Source: Oscillospiraceae bacterium (lineage in GTDB: Bacteria > Bacillota > Clostridia > Oscillospirales > Ruminococcaceae). From it: a stretch of DNA of 64,000 bases. The stretch's first letter is position 1. Every line of letters starts with the position of its first letter. Shown here piece by piece: positions 29,310 to 39,433 of the stretch. Both the position numbers and the translations under genes were made by a program. The stretch spans positions 12,484-76,483 of the forward strand of contig SFLS01000003.1 in assembly GCA_004554485.1 (NCBI GenBank), given 5' to 3'. The notes below the pieces were generated by a model. The model had not been told where the DNA came from. It made no database searches and saw only the letters and a list, made by a program, of their open reading frames with translations.

Positions 29310-29699
29310 ATGACAAAATATGAAAGTGAGATATTTGCCATCGTAAACACCTCCCGTGAACATCTGACTGCCGAACAGATCTTCTGGCGGCTGCGGCAGA
29401 AGCACCCGAAGGTGGTGCTGGCGACGGTATACAACAACCTGAACAAGTTGCAGAAGGAGGAGCTGATCCGCAGAGTTTCCACCGAAGGAATGCCGGACCG
29501 TTACGACCGGGTGGAAAAGCACAACCATCTGGTGTGCAGGTGCTGCGGAAAGCTGACGGATATCAGCCTGAAGGGGCTGTCCGCGCCGCTGCGGGAGCAG
29601 CTGGGCGATGACTTTTTGTACTACGACCTCAAGGTTTATTACATTTGTCCGGAATGCCGGGCAAAGCAGGAGGCATCTGAACCGACCGGAAAGGTGTGA
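29310..29699 (+). CDS. Fur-family regulator, probably PerR
   Basis: HLTAEQI, LATVYNNL, HNHLVCRCCG, CPEC; Per box and rubrerythrin neighbour. Confidence 0.88.
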   Translation: MTKYESEIFAIVNTSREHLTAEQIFWRLRQKHPKVVLATVYNNLNKLQKEELIRRVSTEGMPDRYDRVEKHNHLVCRCCGKLTDISLKGLSAPLREQLGDDFLYYDLKVYYICPECRAKQEASEPTGKV

Positions 29700-29758
29700 C
29701 AAACATCTTATCAGGATAAAAAGCTGACATTCATTTTATTTACAAGGAGGAACAAACC

Positions 29759-30415
29759 ATGGCAAAGTGGAAATGCAAAGTATGCGGTTATGTTTATGAA
29801 GGAGAGGAGCTCCCGGCGGATTATGTCTGCCCGCTCTGCAAGCAGCCCGCGTCGGCCTTTGAAAAGATGGAAGAGCCCAAGCATAAATATGCCGGCACCC
29901 AGACCGAAAAGAATCTGGAAGCGGCATTTGCGGGGGAATCTCAGGCCAGAAATAAATACACTTATTTTGCCTCCGTCGCCAAAAAGGAAGGCTATGAGCA
30001 GATCTCTGCTTTGTTCCTGAAGACCGCGGAAAACGAAAAAGAGCATGCGAAGATGTGGTTCAAGGAGCTGAAGGGGATCGGCGATACCAAGGAGAACCTG
30101 GCTGCCGCCGCGGCCGGCGAAAACTACGAATGGACCGATATGTACGACGGATTTGCCAAGACCGCCGAGGAAGAGGGCTTCCCGGAGCTGGCGGAAAAAT
30201 TCCGTCTGGTCGCGGAGGTGGAAAGACACCACGAAGAAAGATACCGCGCACTGCTGAAGAACGTGGAGACCGCCGCGGTATTTGAAAAGAGCGAGGTAAA
30301 GGTGTGGGAGTGCCGCAACTGCGGGCATATTGTAGTAGGCACCAAGGCGCCGGAAGTCTGCCCCACCTGCAACCATCCGCAGAGCTACTTTGAAGTACAC
30401 GCGGAAAATTACTAA
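29759..30415 (+). CDS. rbr: Rubrerythrin with extra N-terminal rubredoxin domain
   Basis: CKVCG..CPLC N-terminus; [29 protein letters not shown]-terminal CRNCG..CPTC. Confidence 0.92.
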   Translation: MAKWKCKVCGYVYEGEELPADYVCPLCKQPASAFEKMEEPKHKYAGTQTEKNLEAAFAGESQARNKYTYFASVAKKEGYEQISALFLKTAENEKEHAKMWFKELKGIGDTKENLAAAAAGENYEWTDMYDGFAKTAEEEGFPELAEKFRLVAEVERHHEERYRALLKNVETAAVFEKSEVKVWECRNCGHIVVGTKAPEVCPTCNHPQSYFEVHAENY

Positions 30416-30492
30416 GCCGCAAAAGATGGCGCCCCGGCTGCCGTAGAGAGATAAAACCCGGGCATAATAAACAAAACAGGAGGTATAGCGGA

Positions 30493-31230
30493 ATGTTAAA
30501 AGGCAAGACCGCGATCGTAACCGGCGGAACCCGCGGGATCGGTTTCGCCATCGTCAAAAAATATCTGGAAAACGGTGCCAATGTGGTGCTGGCAGGTTCC
30601 CGACAGGAATCGGTGGAAAAGGCCCTGAAACAGCTTTCGGCGTACGAGGGGCGCATTATGGGTATCTGGCCCGACCTGTGCGACCCCGAGGCCGTAGCCA
30701 GGGACTTCGCCGCGGTGAAGGAGCGCTTCGGCCGCGTCGATATCCTGGCCAACAACGCGGGCGTTTCCTCCCGAACCAGTCTTTATGAGTATACGCTGGA
30801 GGAATTCAGCAAGATCATGGAGATCAACGTAAAAGCCGTGTTTGTGTGCTCGCAGGCGGCCGCCCGGATCATGAAGGAGCAGGGCGGCGGTGTGATCATC
30901 AACACCAGCTCGATGGTGGGCGAATACGGCCAGCCCTCCGGCTGCGGCTACCCCGCCAGCAAGTTTGCGGTAAACGGGCTGACCAAATCGCTGGCACGGG
31001 AGCTGGCGAAGGACCAGATCCGCGTCAACGCGGTGGCGCCGGGCGTCACCAGAACCGATATGGTAGCCGCGCTGCCCCAGGAAATGGTGGACCGCATCTC
31101 GGCCGGTATTCCGCTGGGCAGAATGGGCGAGCCGCTGGATATCGCCAACGCCTACCTGTACTTGGCCAGCGATCTGGCCAGCTATGTTACGGGCATCACC
31201 CTGCGCGTGGACGGCGCGGCCATGACTTGA
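30493..31230 (+). CDS. SDR oxidoreductase (BaiA/FabG-like)
   Basis: TGGTRGIG, NNAG, YPASK catalytic YxxxK, VAPG. Confidence 0.9.
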   Translation: MLKGKTAIVTGGTRGIGFAIVKKYLENGANVVLAGSRQESVEKALKQLSAYEGRIMGIWPDLCDPEAVARDFAAVKERFGRVDILANNAGVSSRTSLYEYTLEEFSKIMEINVKAVFVCSQAAARIMKEQGGGVIINTSSMVGEYGQPSGCGYPASKFAVNGLTKSLARELAKDQIRVNAVAPGVTRTDMVAALPQEMVDRISAGIPLGRMGEPLDIANAYLYLASDLASYVTGITLRVDGAAMT

Positions 31231-31246
31231 TAGGAGTGTGCATAAA

Positions 31247-31864
31247 ATGAATCAGAAAGCGATGTACCACCTGACATACGGCCTGTTTGTCCTGACCGCC
31301 GCCCTGGACGGCAAGGATAACGGCTGTATCATCAATACGGCGGGGCAGGTGACCTCCAGTCCCAACAGGATCAGCATTGCGGTGAACAAGGCCAATTTGA
31401 CCCACGATATGATCCTGCAGAGCGGCAAGTTCAATCTTTCCATCCTCAGCGAGCAGGCGAACTTTGAGCTGTTTAAGCATTTCGGCTTCCAGTCCGGCAA
31501 GACGGCGGATAAGTTTGCGGGCTATACCGCCTGCCGACGCAGCGAAAACGGCCTTTGCTATATCACCGAAGGCACCAACGCCTACATCAGTGCCGCGGTG
31601 GAGCAGACCATCGACCTGGGCAGTCACACCATGTTTATCGCGGCGGTGGAGGATATGGAGGTTTTGTCCGACGTCCCCTCGGCGACTTACGCCTATTACC
31701 AGTCCAGCATCAAGCCCAAGCCGGAAGCTAAGGCCCCGCAGGGCAAAACGGTATGGCGCTGCAAGGTGTGCGGATACATCTACGAGGGAGAGGAACTCCC
31801 CGCCGACTATATCTGCCCGCTCTGCAAGCACCCGGCCTCCGACTTTGAAAAAGTGACGATATAA
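31247..31864 (+). CDS. Flavin reductase fused to C-terminal rubredoxin
   Basis: LTYGLFVLTA..NGCIINT, FGFQSG..DKF, GSHTMFIA; WRCKVCGYIY..CPLC. Confidence 0.88.
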   Translation: MNQKAMYHLTYGLFVLTAALDGKDNGCIINTAGQVTSSPNRISIAVNKANLTHDMILQSGKFNLSILSEQANFELFKHFGFQSGKTADKFAGYTACRRSENGLCYITEGTNAYISAAVEQTIDLGSHTMFIAAVEDMEVLSDVPSATYAYYQSSIKPKPEAKAPQGKTVWRCKVCGYIYEGEELPADYICPLCKHPASDFEKVTI

Positions 31865-32036
31865 CCCTATCGCAGGTGCCCGGCTGAGACCTCTCAGACG
31901 GGCGCCTTTTTGTGTTTGCGCAGCGGCGCTGCCGCCCCCTGCGGAAAGGGGACCCTTGTCCTTCGCCGAAACAGGGCTGCCGTGCCGCCAAAAACGCCGA
32001 AAGCCCCGAACGGATCGGGGCTTTCGGCGTTGCTGC

Positions 32037-32113
32037 TGGTGTCCGCGAGGTGACTTGAACACCCGGCCTACCGCTTAGGAGGCGGTCGCTCTATCCAACT
32101 GAGCTACGCAGAC
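32037..32113 (-). tRNA. tRNA-Arg (anticodon CCT)
   Basis: 77-nt cloverleaf GTCTGCG...ACCGC-CT CCT AA-GCGGT...TTCAAGT...CGCGGACA CCA. Confidence 0.95.
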
Positions 32114-32325
32114 ATAGGGGCTTTTCGGCCGCACGGCGGCATTTGCACAATCCTCATTCTACTCTGCGGAGGATTTTTTGTCAACGCAAAAAAGTTTGGG
32201 CGGGGGACTTCCCACCGGCGGCGGAAAGTGATATAATCAACTCATATTTGTGCCTTTGGCACCGGGCGGCTGCGGCCCCTGTCCCATTTTAGCGCCCGCG
32301 GGCGCGGTAAGGAAGTAAACCGAAT

Positions 32326-32793
32326 ATGATAAAACGAGAAAAATCCTGCGGCGTGCTGGTGCTCCGCCGGCAGGAGGAGGAACTGTATGTGGTGCTGCTG
32401 CGCCACCGGTTCGGCGGCCACTGGTCCTTCCCCAAGGGCCATGTGGAGGCCGGAGAAAGCGAGCGGCAGACCGCCCTGCGAGAAGTCCGGGAGGAGACCG
32501 GCCTTTCCGGCATCAAGCTGCTGGACGGGTTCCGGGAGAGTGTGGAGTATTCCCCCAAGCCCGGCGTCAAAAAGCAGGTCGTATACTTTTTGGGGACCAC
32601 CCAGCAGGAAAAGCTGGTCCGCCAGGAGGAGGAGATCAGCGAGATCATGTGGGCGCCGCTTTCCCGCGCGGCCGATCTGGTCTCCTTTGCCAACGATAAG
32701 CGGCTGATCCGTCACGCGCAGCGCCGCATGGGACTGCTGCCCGCCGAGCCGGCGCAAGCGGCCGAACCCGCCGGGGAAGAAAAAAACCCGTGA
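32326..32793 (+). CDS. NUDIX hydrolase (Ap4A-hydrolase-like)
   Basis: EKSCG; WSFPKGHVEAGESERQTALREVREETGL Nudix box. Confidence 0.9.
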   Translation: MIKREKSCGVLVLRRQEEELYVVLLRHRFGGHWSFPKGHVEAGESERQTALREVREETGLSGIKLLDGFRESVEYSPKPGVKKQVVYFLGTTQQEKLVRQEEEISEIMWAPLSRAADLVSFANDKRLIRHAQRRMGLLPAEPAQAAEPAGEEKNP

Positions 32794-32898
32794 CCCTTCC
32801 TACGGCCTTTTCCCCCGCCCCGGCAAAACCGACGGCTTAGAAGGAAATGAATATTCACACAAAAGCCTCTGCCGGCCGGCGGGGGCTTTTTGCGCGCC

Positions 32899-32905
32899 TT
32901 CGACA
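32899..32905 (-). promoter_or_regulatory. Putative Spo0A (0A) box upstream of spoIIE
   Basis: TTCGACA = reverse complement of TGTCGAA. Confidence 0.4.
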
Positions 32906-33058
32906 GACGGCAGCAGACGGCTGCAGGCACGGCGCCTACGGTTCTTGTGCCTCACCCAAAAGCCGCCCTTCTCCGACGGCTGATTGCGGCAAAATGCGGC
33001 CCCGCCCCGGCAGTATGATAGCCTTGAAACGCTATCACATCCAAAGGAAGTGCAAAAG

Positions 33059-35362
33059 ATGAATCATCCGACGGAACTTACCGGGCTTTCGCTGCCCCGG
33101 CGGCTGCTGAACGCCCTGCAGAACGATGACCGCCTGCTGGCGGGCGGCGCGGCCTTTTTGGGCGGAATGCTTTCCGCCATGGGGCGCATCACGGGGGAGG
33201 AGGCCCCCTTCGGCGTGGCCTTTGCCGCGGCGGCGCCGGGAGGCATGGCCCTGCCGGCGCTGCTGGGGGCGGCGTTGGGTTATCTGATCATCTCGCCCTT
33301 TCCCGCCGCCTGGCAGTACCCGCTGGCGGCGCTGCTGGCCGTGGGTCTGCGGCGGCTGCTGGCCGCTGTGAGCCGCAAGGCCCGCCCGTGGCAGGCAACC
33401 GTCGCCGTGCTGGCCGCGCTGCTGGCAGCGGTCATTTTGCCGGGATTTTACCGCCGGCCGCTGGTCTACGATGTGCTGCTGTGGGCCGTCTCGCTGCTGA
33501 TGGCGGGGGCAGCCGCCGTATTTCTGCAAAGGGGGCTTTCCCTGCTGGCGCCGGGCCGGTGCGCCATGCGGGAAAACACCCTGACTGCTTCGCTGGCGCT
33601 GACCGCCGCCCTGTGCCTGATGGGCCTGTGCAGCGTGACCGCCTCGGGCGTTTCGCTGGGACGCATTGCAGCCTCGGTGCTGCTGCTGGTCGCGGCGGCG
33701 GGGGCCGGCAGCCGAGCCGGCGCACTGGTGGGGGTGATCTGCGGCATGGTGGTGGGTTTTTCCACCGGAGAATTTACCCTTTCCATTACCTGCTTTGCGG
33801 TGGGGGGACTGCTGTGCGGGCTGTTCGCTCCGCTGGGCAGACTGGGCAGCGTGCTGGCGCTGGCCATCAGCTACGGCTTTTTTGCCATGCTGGCCTCCCG
33901 CAGCGTCACCGGCTTTTTGGAGGTCCTGCTGGCCGCGGGAATCTTCTGGCTGCTGCCGGCTTCGGTGCCCCGACGGGTGGGGCAGCTGCTTGCCCCCGGC
34001 CGGGAGCAGAAGATCGCCCCGCTGGTGCTTTCCGACCGGCTGCAGGAGGCCGCGCAGGCGCTGCGGGAGGTCTCCTCGACCACGCGGGAGGTGGCCCGGC
34101 AGCTGCAGAAAAGTGCGGTCGAAAATCCGGAAATGCTGTTTGACCGGGTGGCGCAGCGGCACTGCCGGGGCTGTCTGTACCAGACGACCTGCTGGCAGAA
34201 AAACTACGGGGATACCGTGGAGGCCTTCGGCAAGGGGCTGGCACAGTACCGGCAGCAGAATCATATCTCGCCGGAGGCGCTGGTGGGGGTGACGGACCGC
34301 TGCCCCAGCCGGGACAAGCTGGCCGCCGCGCTGGAGCGGGAATACACCGGTTATCTTTCCCGGGAGGAGCAGCGCCGGCACGCCGCCAGAGTGCGGGATA
34401 TCGTCACTGACCAGTTTGACGGGCTGGCGGGGGCGCTGACCGGCCTTTCGGAACGCGCCTTCGGCATCACACCCTGTGGGGAGGGGCTGAGTCAGCGCAT
34501 TACCGAGGGGCTGCTGGCCGCCGAAAAGGAGCTGCGGGAGGTGCTGTGCTGGACCACCGCGGCGGGCCGGCTGACGGTACGCCTGACGCTGCCGGCGGCG
34601 CTGCTGCAAAGGGCGGATCCCGAACGGCTGGGGCAGGTCATCGCGGCGGAGACCGGCCTGGCAATGGATGCCCCGACCCGGCAGCAGCAGGGCGGCGCGC
34701 TGCTGCTGACCTACCGGGAAAAGCCGCGGTTTACGCTGCGGCAGGGGCGCTGCCAGCTGCCCGCGGGGCAGAATACCGTCTGCGGGGATACCCTGCGGCT
34801 GGTACAGACCGGGGAGGGCGTGGGGGCGCTTATCCTTTCCGACGGGATGGGGACAGGCCCTGCCGCCGCTTTGGACAGCGCCATGCTGTGCAACCTGGTG
34901 GGACGCCTGCTGGAAGCGGGGATCCCCTGCGGCAGCGCGCTGCGGCTGGTCAACAGCGCCCTGATGGTCAAGGACGGGCGGGAAACGCTGGCCACGCTGG
35001 ATACCGCCGCCGTCGACTGCTATACCGGCACCGCGAGCTTTTATAAGGCCGGGGCGGCGCCCACCTTCCTGCGGCAGCAGGGGCGCGCGCTGCGGCTGGA
35101 GGCGGTCAGCCTGCCGGCCGGCATCCTGGACGGGGTGGAGGCCGCCGAGCGCCGGCTGACGCTGGCGGAGGGAGACCTGATCCTGATGGTAAGCGACGGC
35201 GTACCGACCGAGGAGCCCTGGGTGGAGGAGATGCTGACCCAATGGCAGGGCGGGGAGCCGGAGGAGCTGTGCCGCCGCATTGCCGAAGCGGCCCGTCTGC
35301 GCTGCCGCGAGGCATATACCGATGACATCACGGCAGCGGCGCTGCTTCTGGAGCGCGCCTGA
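33059..35362 (+). CDS. spoIIE: Stage II sporulation protein E (PP2C phosphatase)
   Basis: Multi-TM N-terminus; CxxC..CW region; CGD, LSDGMGTG, ATLD, KAGAAP, MVSDGV, DDIT. Confidence 0.88.
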   Translation: MNHPTELTGLSLPRRLLNALQNDDRLLAGGAAFLGGMLSAMGRITGEEAPFGVAFAAAAPGGMALPALLGAALGYLIISPFPAAWQYPLAALLAVGLRRLLAAVSRKARPWQATVAVLAALLAAVILPGFYRRPLVYDVLLWAVSLLMAGAAAVFLQRGLSLLAPGRCAMRENTLTASLALTAALCLMGLCSVTASGVSLGRIAASVLLLVAAAGAGSRAGALVGVICGMVVGFSTGEFTLSITCFAVGGLLCGLFAPLGRLGSVLALAISYGFFAMLASRSVTGFLEVLLAAGIFWLLPASVPRRVGQLLAPGREQKIAPLVLSDRLQEAAQALREVSSTTREVARQLQKSAVENPEMLFDRVAQRHCRGCLYQTTCWQKNYGDTVEAFGKGLAQYRQQNHISPEALVGVTDRCPSRDKLAAALEREYTGYLSREEQRRHAARVRDIVTDQFDGLAGALTGLSERAFGITPCGEGLSQRITEGLLAAEKELREVLCWTTAAGRLTVRLTLPAALLQRADPERLGQVIAAETGLAMDAPTRQQQGGALLLTYREKPRFTLRQGRCQLPAGQNTVCGDTLRLVQTGEGVGALILSDGMGTGPAAALDSAMLCNLVGRLLEAGIPCGSALRLVNSALMVKDGRETLATLDTAAVDCYTGTASFYKAGAAPTFLRQQGRALRLEAVSLPAGILDGVEAAERRLTLAEGDLILMVSDGVPTEEPWVEEMLTQWQGGEPEELCRRIAEAARLRCREAYTDDITAAALLLERA

Positions 35363-35436
35363 CCCGGTATGATAATTAAACGAAAAGGAGCCGTCCTGCC
35401 CAAAGCGGGACGGCTCCTTCGGCGTTTGCCGGGCGG

Positions 35437-35631
35437 TCAGCCCAGCAGATTGCGGCACATACTGTCGGCAACATAGTTTACCGCATCACCCACGCGGCTG
35501 GCGGTGCGGCGGATGGCCCGTCTGCGCTGTGCGGCGGTGGTGTGGTTCATAACATAGGCGACAGTGCCTGCGGCGGCCGCTGCCATGGCGACTCCCGCCA
35601 CGGTGGCCGGTACTTTGCTTGCGGAGTGCAT
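35437..35631 (-). CDS. Small hypothetical protein with N-terminal hydrophobic helix
   Basis: GGAAGGAG RBS 9 nt upstream; own terminator. Confidence 0.55.
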   Translation of the reverse strand: MHSASKVPATVAGVAMAAAAAGTVAYVMNHTTAAQRRRAIRRTASRVGDAVNYVADSMCRNLLG

Positions 35632-35975
35632 CTTTCATAACTCCTTCCGGCAGACCTCTTTCTCTCTTTTCGTCTGCAGAGTTATTTTGCGTTGCCGCAT
35701 ATGGCATTAACCGCTGTAATGTTTGGAAAACGGTTCTACCTTTTGCACATCTACAGGGGCATAGGAACGAAGATTTTTCGTCTATTTTTACGAATCGGTG
35801 AATTATGCCGGCCGGAGCCCCTCTGTTTTTCCGTTGTTTTGTTGCCAAACGGCGCCGAATGGGCTATTATCATATTGTATTTTGCCCAAAAGAGCCGAAA
35901 AATTTTTTGGCCGTGGCCGCTTTGCTTTTTGCGCGGCGGCGGAATATCCTGTAACTACCCAAAAGGAGATCTTCC

Positions 35976-36845
35976 ATGAATCGATCCGACCGTCCTGCCC
36001 GCTGCGCCGCCGTCCACGACCTTTCCGGCCTGGGGCGCTGCTCCCTGACCGTTATTCTGCCGGCCATGTCCGTCATGGGGGTGCAGGTCTGCCCCCTGCC
36101 CACCGCTATCCTTTCCGCCCATACGGGGGGGTTTGGCAGCGTGGCCCGGCGGGATCTGACCGACTACCTGGCCGAAGCGCTGGCGCATTACCGCACGCTG
36201 GGTCTGCCGATGGAGTGTGTCTACACCGGCTACCTGGGCTCGGCAGAGCAGGTGGCGCTGTGCCAGGCGATGTTTGATGAATGGCCCGACGCCATGAAGG
36301 TGGTGGACCCGGTGATGGGCGATCACGGCAAGCTGTACCACGGCTTTACGCCGGAGCTGGTACAGGGAATCCGCTGCCTGGCGACCCACGCCGATGTGAT
36401 CACCCCCAACCTGACCGAAGCCGCCCTGCTGTTGGGCGAGGAGCCGAATACCGCGCCGCTTTCGCTGGGGCAGGCGCGCAGTCTGCTGGCCCGGCTTTCC
36501 GGACTGGGGCCGGAGGTGGTCGTCGTCACCGGGGTGGCGCTGACCACCGGAGAGTACGCCAACCTGTGCTATGATAAGGAGCGGGGCGGCTACTGGCAAT
36601 CGGTCAGCGAGTACCTGCCGATACGCTATCCCGGGACCGGCGACCTGTTCGCTGCCGTGCTGACAGCCGGACTGATGCAGGGGGACAGCCCCGCCATGGC
36701 AATGGATCGGGCGACCCGATATGTGGAGATCACCGTAAAAACGACCTTCGGCTACGGCGCCGATCCCCGCGAGGGGGTCATGCTGGAGCGGACGCTGGGC
36801 TGGCTGACCCAAAAGGAGCTGCCCCGCGGCTACCGCACGCTGTAA
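35976..36845 (+). CDS. pdxK: Pyridoxal/pyridoxamine kinase
   Basis: HDLSGLGRCSL, YTGYLGS, VDPVMGDHG, ITPNLTEA, PGTGDLF. Confidence 0.88.
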   Translation: MNRSDRPARCAAVHDLSGLGRCSLTVILPAMSVMGVQVCPLPTAILSAHTGGFGSVARRDLTDYLAEALAHYRTLGLPMECVYTGYLGSAEQVALCQAMFDEWPDAMKVVDPVMGDHGKLYHGFTPELVQGIRCLATHADVITPNLTEAALLLGEEPNTAPLSLGQARSLLARLSGLGPEVVVVTGVALTTGEYANLCYDKERGGYWQSVSEYLPIRYPGTGDLFAAVLTAGLMQGDSPAMAMDRATRYVEITVKTTFGYGADPREGVMLERTLGWLTQKELPRGYRTL

Positions 36846-36886
36846 CGGCCGGAGGATCTCCCACCGAGAGGAAGCGAATCTGTTTT

Positions 36887-37462
36887 ATGAAGAAAAACCG
36901 TTTTACCCTGTACCGTATCGTTATTATCGGCCTGATGGCCGCGATGGTGTTTGTCTGCACCATGTTTTTGGGCATCCGGATTCCCACCCCCACCGGCACC
37001 ACCCAGCTGAAGACTGCGAACGCCATCTGCCTGCTGACCGGCCTGCTGTTCGGTGGCTGGACCGGCGGACTGGCTGCCGGCATCGGCTCGGCGCTGTTTG
37101 ACCTGACCTACCCGGAGTGGGCCGCCGGCGCGTGGCTGACCTTCCTTTTCTTTTTCGCGATGGGCGCCATCTGCGGCGGCATTGCCCACGCAGGCGGCAA
37201 GGCGGGCCAAAGCCGGCCCCGCAACTGGCTGGCGACCATCTGCGGCGCCGGCGCCTACTGGCTGCTTTACGTCGGTAAAAGCATTGTGGTGCTGATGATG
37301 AGCGGCAGCGTCTTTTCGGCCGCCGTCATCGCCACGGTGCCCAAGATGATCACTAGCGGCATCAATGCGGTGTTCGCGGTGGTGGTTGCCAACCTGCTGG
37401 CGGCGCTGCTGCGGCCCAAGCTGGAATCCGCCGGCGTTTTTCAGGCGCTACGCAAGCAATGA
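36887..37462 (+). CDS. ECF transporter S component (probably vitamin B6)
   Basis: IIGLMAAMVFV..IPTPTG; GIGSALFDL; follows pdxK. Confidence 0.8.
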   Translation: MKKNRFTLYRIVIIGLMAAMVFVCTMFLGIRIPTPTGTTQLKTANAICLLTGLLFGGWTGGLAAGIGSALFDLTYPEWAAGAWLTFLFFFAMGAICGGIAHAGGKAGQSRPRNWLATICGAGAYWLLYVGKSIVVLMMSGSVFSAAVIATVPKMITSGINAVFAVVVANLLAALLRPKLESAGVFQALRKQ

Positions 37463-37590
37463 TCCTCCCGTTCCAACCGCATCTTTATGCGCCGTCCCCG
37501 GCCTTTTTCCGGGGGCGGCGTTCTTTTTGCCCCCGGGATGGCGGCAATTTATACAGAGAAATCCCCATACTATCGCAAAAATGCAATGAT

Positions 37591-37664
37591 ATTCAATAAA
37601 TATTTAATTTTGCGAATAAATATTCATAAAAACGCTTGACATAGCGAATATTTATCGATAAAAT
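37591..37664 (+). promoter_or_regulatory. sigma-A promoter with tandem ARG (ArgR) boxes
   Basis: ATTCAATAAATATTTAAT (37591-37608) and TGCGAATAAATATTCATA (37611-37628), 2 bp apart; TTGACA (37636-37641), 17 nt, TAAAAT. Confidence 0.7.
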
Positions 37665-37758
37665 ATGCAATATCAACGAGAGCAAATCTCCCGGCGAAAG
37701 ACAAACAACAAACGGCTCCCGCACGGGAGAACGGAACAAAAGAAAGGATGACACTGTT

Positions 37759-38628
37759 ATGAAAAAGATGATCGCCCTGCTGCTGGCGCTGGTTCTGGCA
37801 CTTTCCCTGGCTGCCTGCGGCAACAATCCCGCCAATACCGATGAACCCCAGAACACCCCGGTCAACGCGCTGGAAAAGATTAAGGCCGACGGCGTGCTGT
37901 CGGTAGCCCTCAGCCCCGACTTTTCCCCGATGGAATTCGTGGATTCCTCCAAGACCGGACAGGAACAGTTTGTCGGCTTTGATGTGATGCTGGCCCAGTA
38001 TATCGCCGAATCCCTCGGCGTGGAACTTGTGATCGAGCCGATGAGCTTTGACGCCTGCCAGTCCGCCGTATACACCGCTTCGGTACCCATGTCCATTTCC
38101 GGCTATTCCTGGACCGAGGAGAGAGCGGAAAATTACGAGCTTTCCGATTACTACTATGCCGGCGAAAACGAAACCGAGCAGGTCCTGCTGATCCGCGCCG
38201 CCGATGCCGCCAAGTACACCAAGGCGGAGGACTTCAACGGCCTGGATGTCGGCGCGCAGAACGCTTCGCTGCAGATGCAGCTGGTGACCGAGCAGCTTGC
38301 CGACGCCCACCCCATTGCCATCGGGGATATCACCGTGGGCGTCATGGAGCTGAAGAGCGGCAATATCGAAGCGCTGGCGGTTGCCAAGGGTAATGCCGAT
38401 ATGATCATCGACGCCAACCCCGATCTGATGATCTGCGAGTTCCAGTTCGAGGTCAAGGCCGAGTATGAAGCCAATGTGATCCTGATCACCAAGGGCGAGA
38501 CCGAGCTGCTGGAGGCTGTAAATGCCGCCCCGGCCAAGGCCTATGCCGAAGGCATGTACGGCCCCTGGTACGAGGCTGCCGTGGAGCTGGGCAAATCGGA
38601 GAACGCCACCGAGCTGACCCTGGAGTAA
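37759..38628 (+). CDS. Polar amino-acid ABC transporter substrate-binding lipoprotein
   Basis: Lipobox LAAC; SPDFSPMEF..GFDV; TEERAE. Confidence 0.92.
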   Translation: MKKMIALLLALVLALSLAACGNNPANTDEPQNTPVNALEKIKADGVLSVALSPDFSPMEFVDSSKTGQEQFVGFDVMLAQYIAESLGVELVIEPMSFDACQSAVYTASVPMSISGYSWTEERAENYELSDYYYAGENETEQVLLIRAADAAKYTKAEDFNGLDVGAQNASLQMQLVTEQLADAHPIAIGDITVGVMELKSGNIEALAVAKGNADMIIDANPDLMICEFQFEVKAEYEANVILITKGETELLEAVNAAPAKAYAEGMYGPWYEAAVELGKSENATELTLE

Positions 38629-38698
38629 ACCGAACGAACACACCGATGCGGCCGGGCCCCACGCGGGCCCGGCGGCTGCGCAAAAGGGAGAGTATGAC

Positions 38699-39433
38699 AT
38701 GACCTTTATCAACTTTGAAAAAATGGCCGCCCTGTTCCTCAAGTACTGGGATAAGTACCTCATCGACGGCGTGGGCTACACGCTGGCGCTGTCGGCGATC
38801 ACCGTGGCGGGCGGCGTGGTGTTTGCTTCGCTGCTGGCGCTGATGAAGATGTCCCGCATCGCCCCGCTGCGCTGGATCTCCTCCGCCTACATCGAGATTA
38901 TCCGCGGCACCCCCATGCTGCTGCAGTTTTACTTTTTCTACTTTGGGCTGCCCATGCTGATCCCCGCGCTGAACAAGCAGAAATTTGTGTGTATCGCCAT
39001 CGCCCTTATCTGCAACAGCGCCGCCTATGTCTCGGAGGTCATCCGCTCCGGCATCCAGGCGGTGGATCCCGGTCAGCGGGAAGCGGCCCTCAGTCTGGGC
39101 TTTAGTTCCGGCGGCGCCATGTGGTATGTCATCATGCCGCAGGCCATCAAAAATATCCTGCCCGCGCTGGGCAACGAATTTATCATGATCATCAAGGATA
39201 CCTCGCTGGCCTCCACCTTCTTCATCGGGGATCTGATGACCCAGTACCTGCTCATCAAGGGCGCCACCTATCTGCCCATCGAACCACTGGTCATCGCGGG
39301 CGTCATCTACTTTATTATGACCTTTGCCCTCAGCAAGCTGTTCGGGCGCGTTGAGCGCCGGATGAAGCGCAGCGACCGCCAAAGCGAAACAGTGCGGCAG
39401 CGCAAATTAAAGCGGGAAGGAGCCGTGGCTTAA
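38699..39433 (+). CDS. Polar amino-acid ABC permease
   Basis: YIEIIRGTPMLLQ; AYVSEVIRSGIQAVDPGQREAA. Confidence 0.94.
   Translation: MTFINFEKMAALFLKYWDKYLIDGVGYTLALSAITVAGGVVFASLLALMKMSRIAPLRWISSAYIEIIRGTPMLLQFYFFYFGLPMLIPALNKQKFVCIAIALICNSAAYVSEVIRSGIQAVDPGQREAALSLGFSSGGAMWYVIMPQAIKNILPALGNEFIMIIKDTSLASTFFIGDLMTQYLLIKGATYLPIEPLVIAGVIYFIMTFALSKLFGRVERRMKRSDRQSETVRQRKLKREGAVA

Noticed and set aside
31918..31990. Possible degenerate tenth junction element
   Set aside because: Contains CCCCTGCGG but I could not build a closing stem with three clean arms.
32037..32113. tRNA-Arg as an island integration site
   Set aside because: No integrase and no duplicated tRNA 3' end found in the window.
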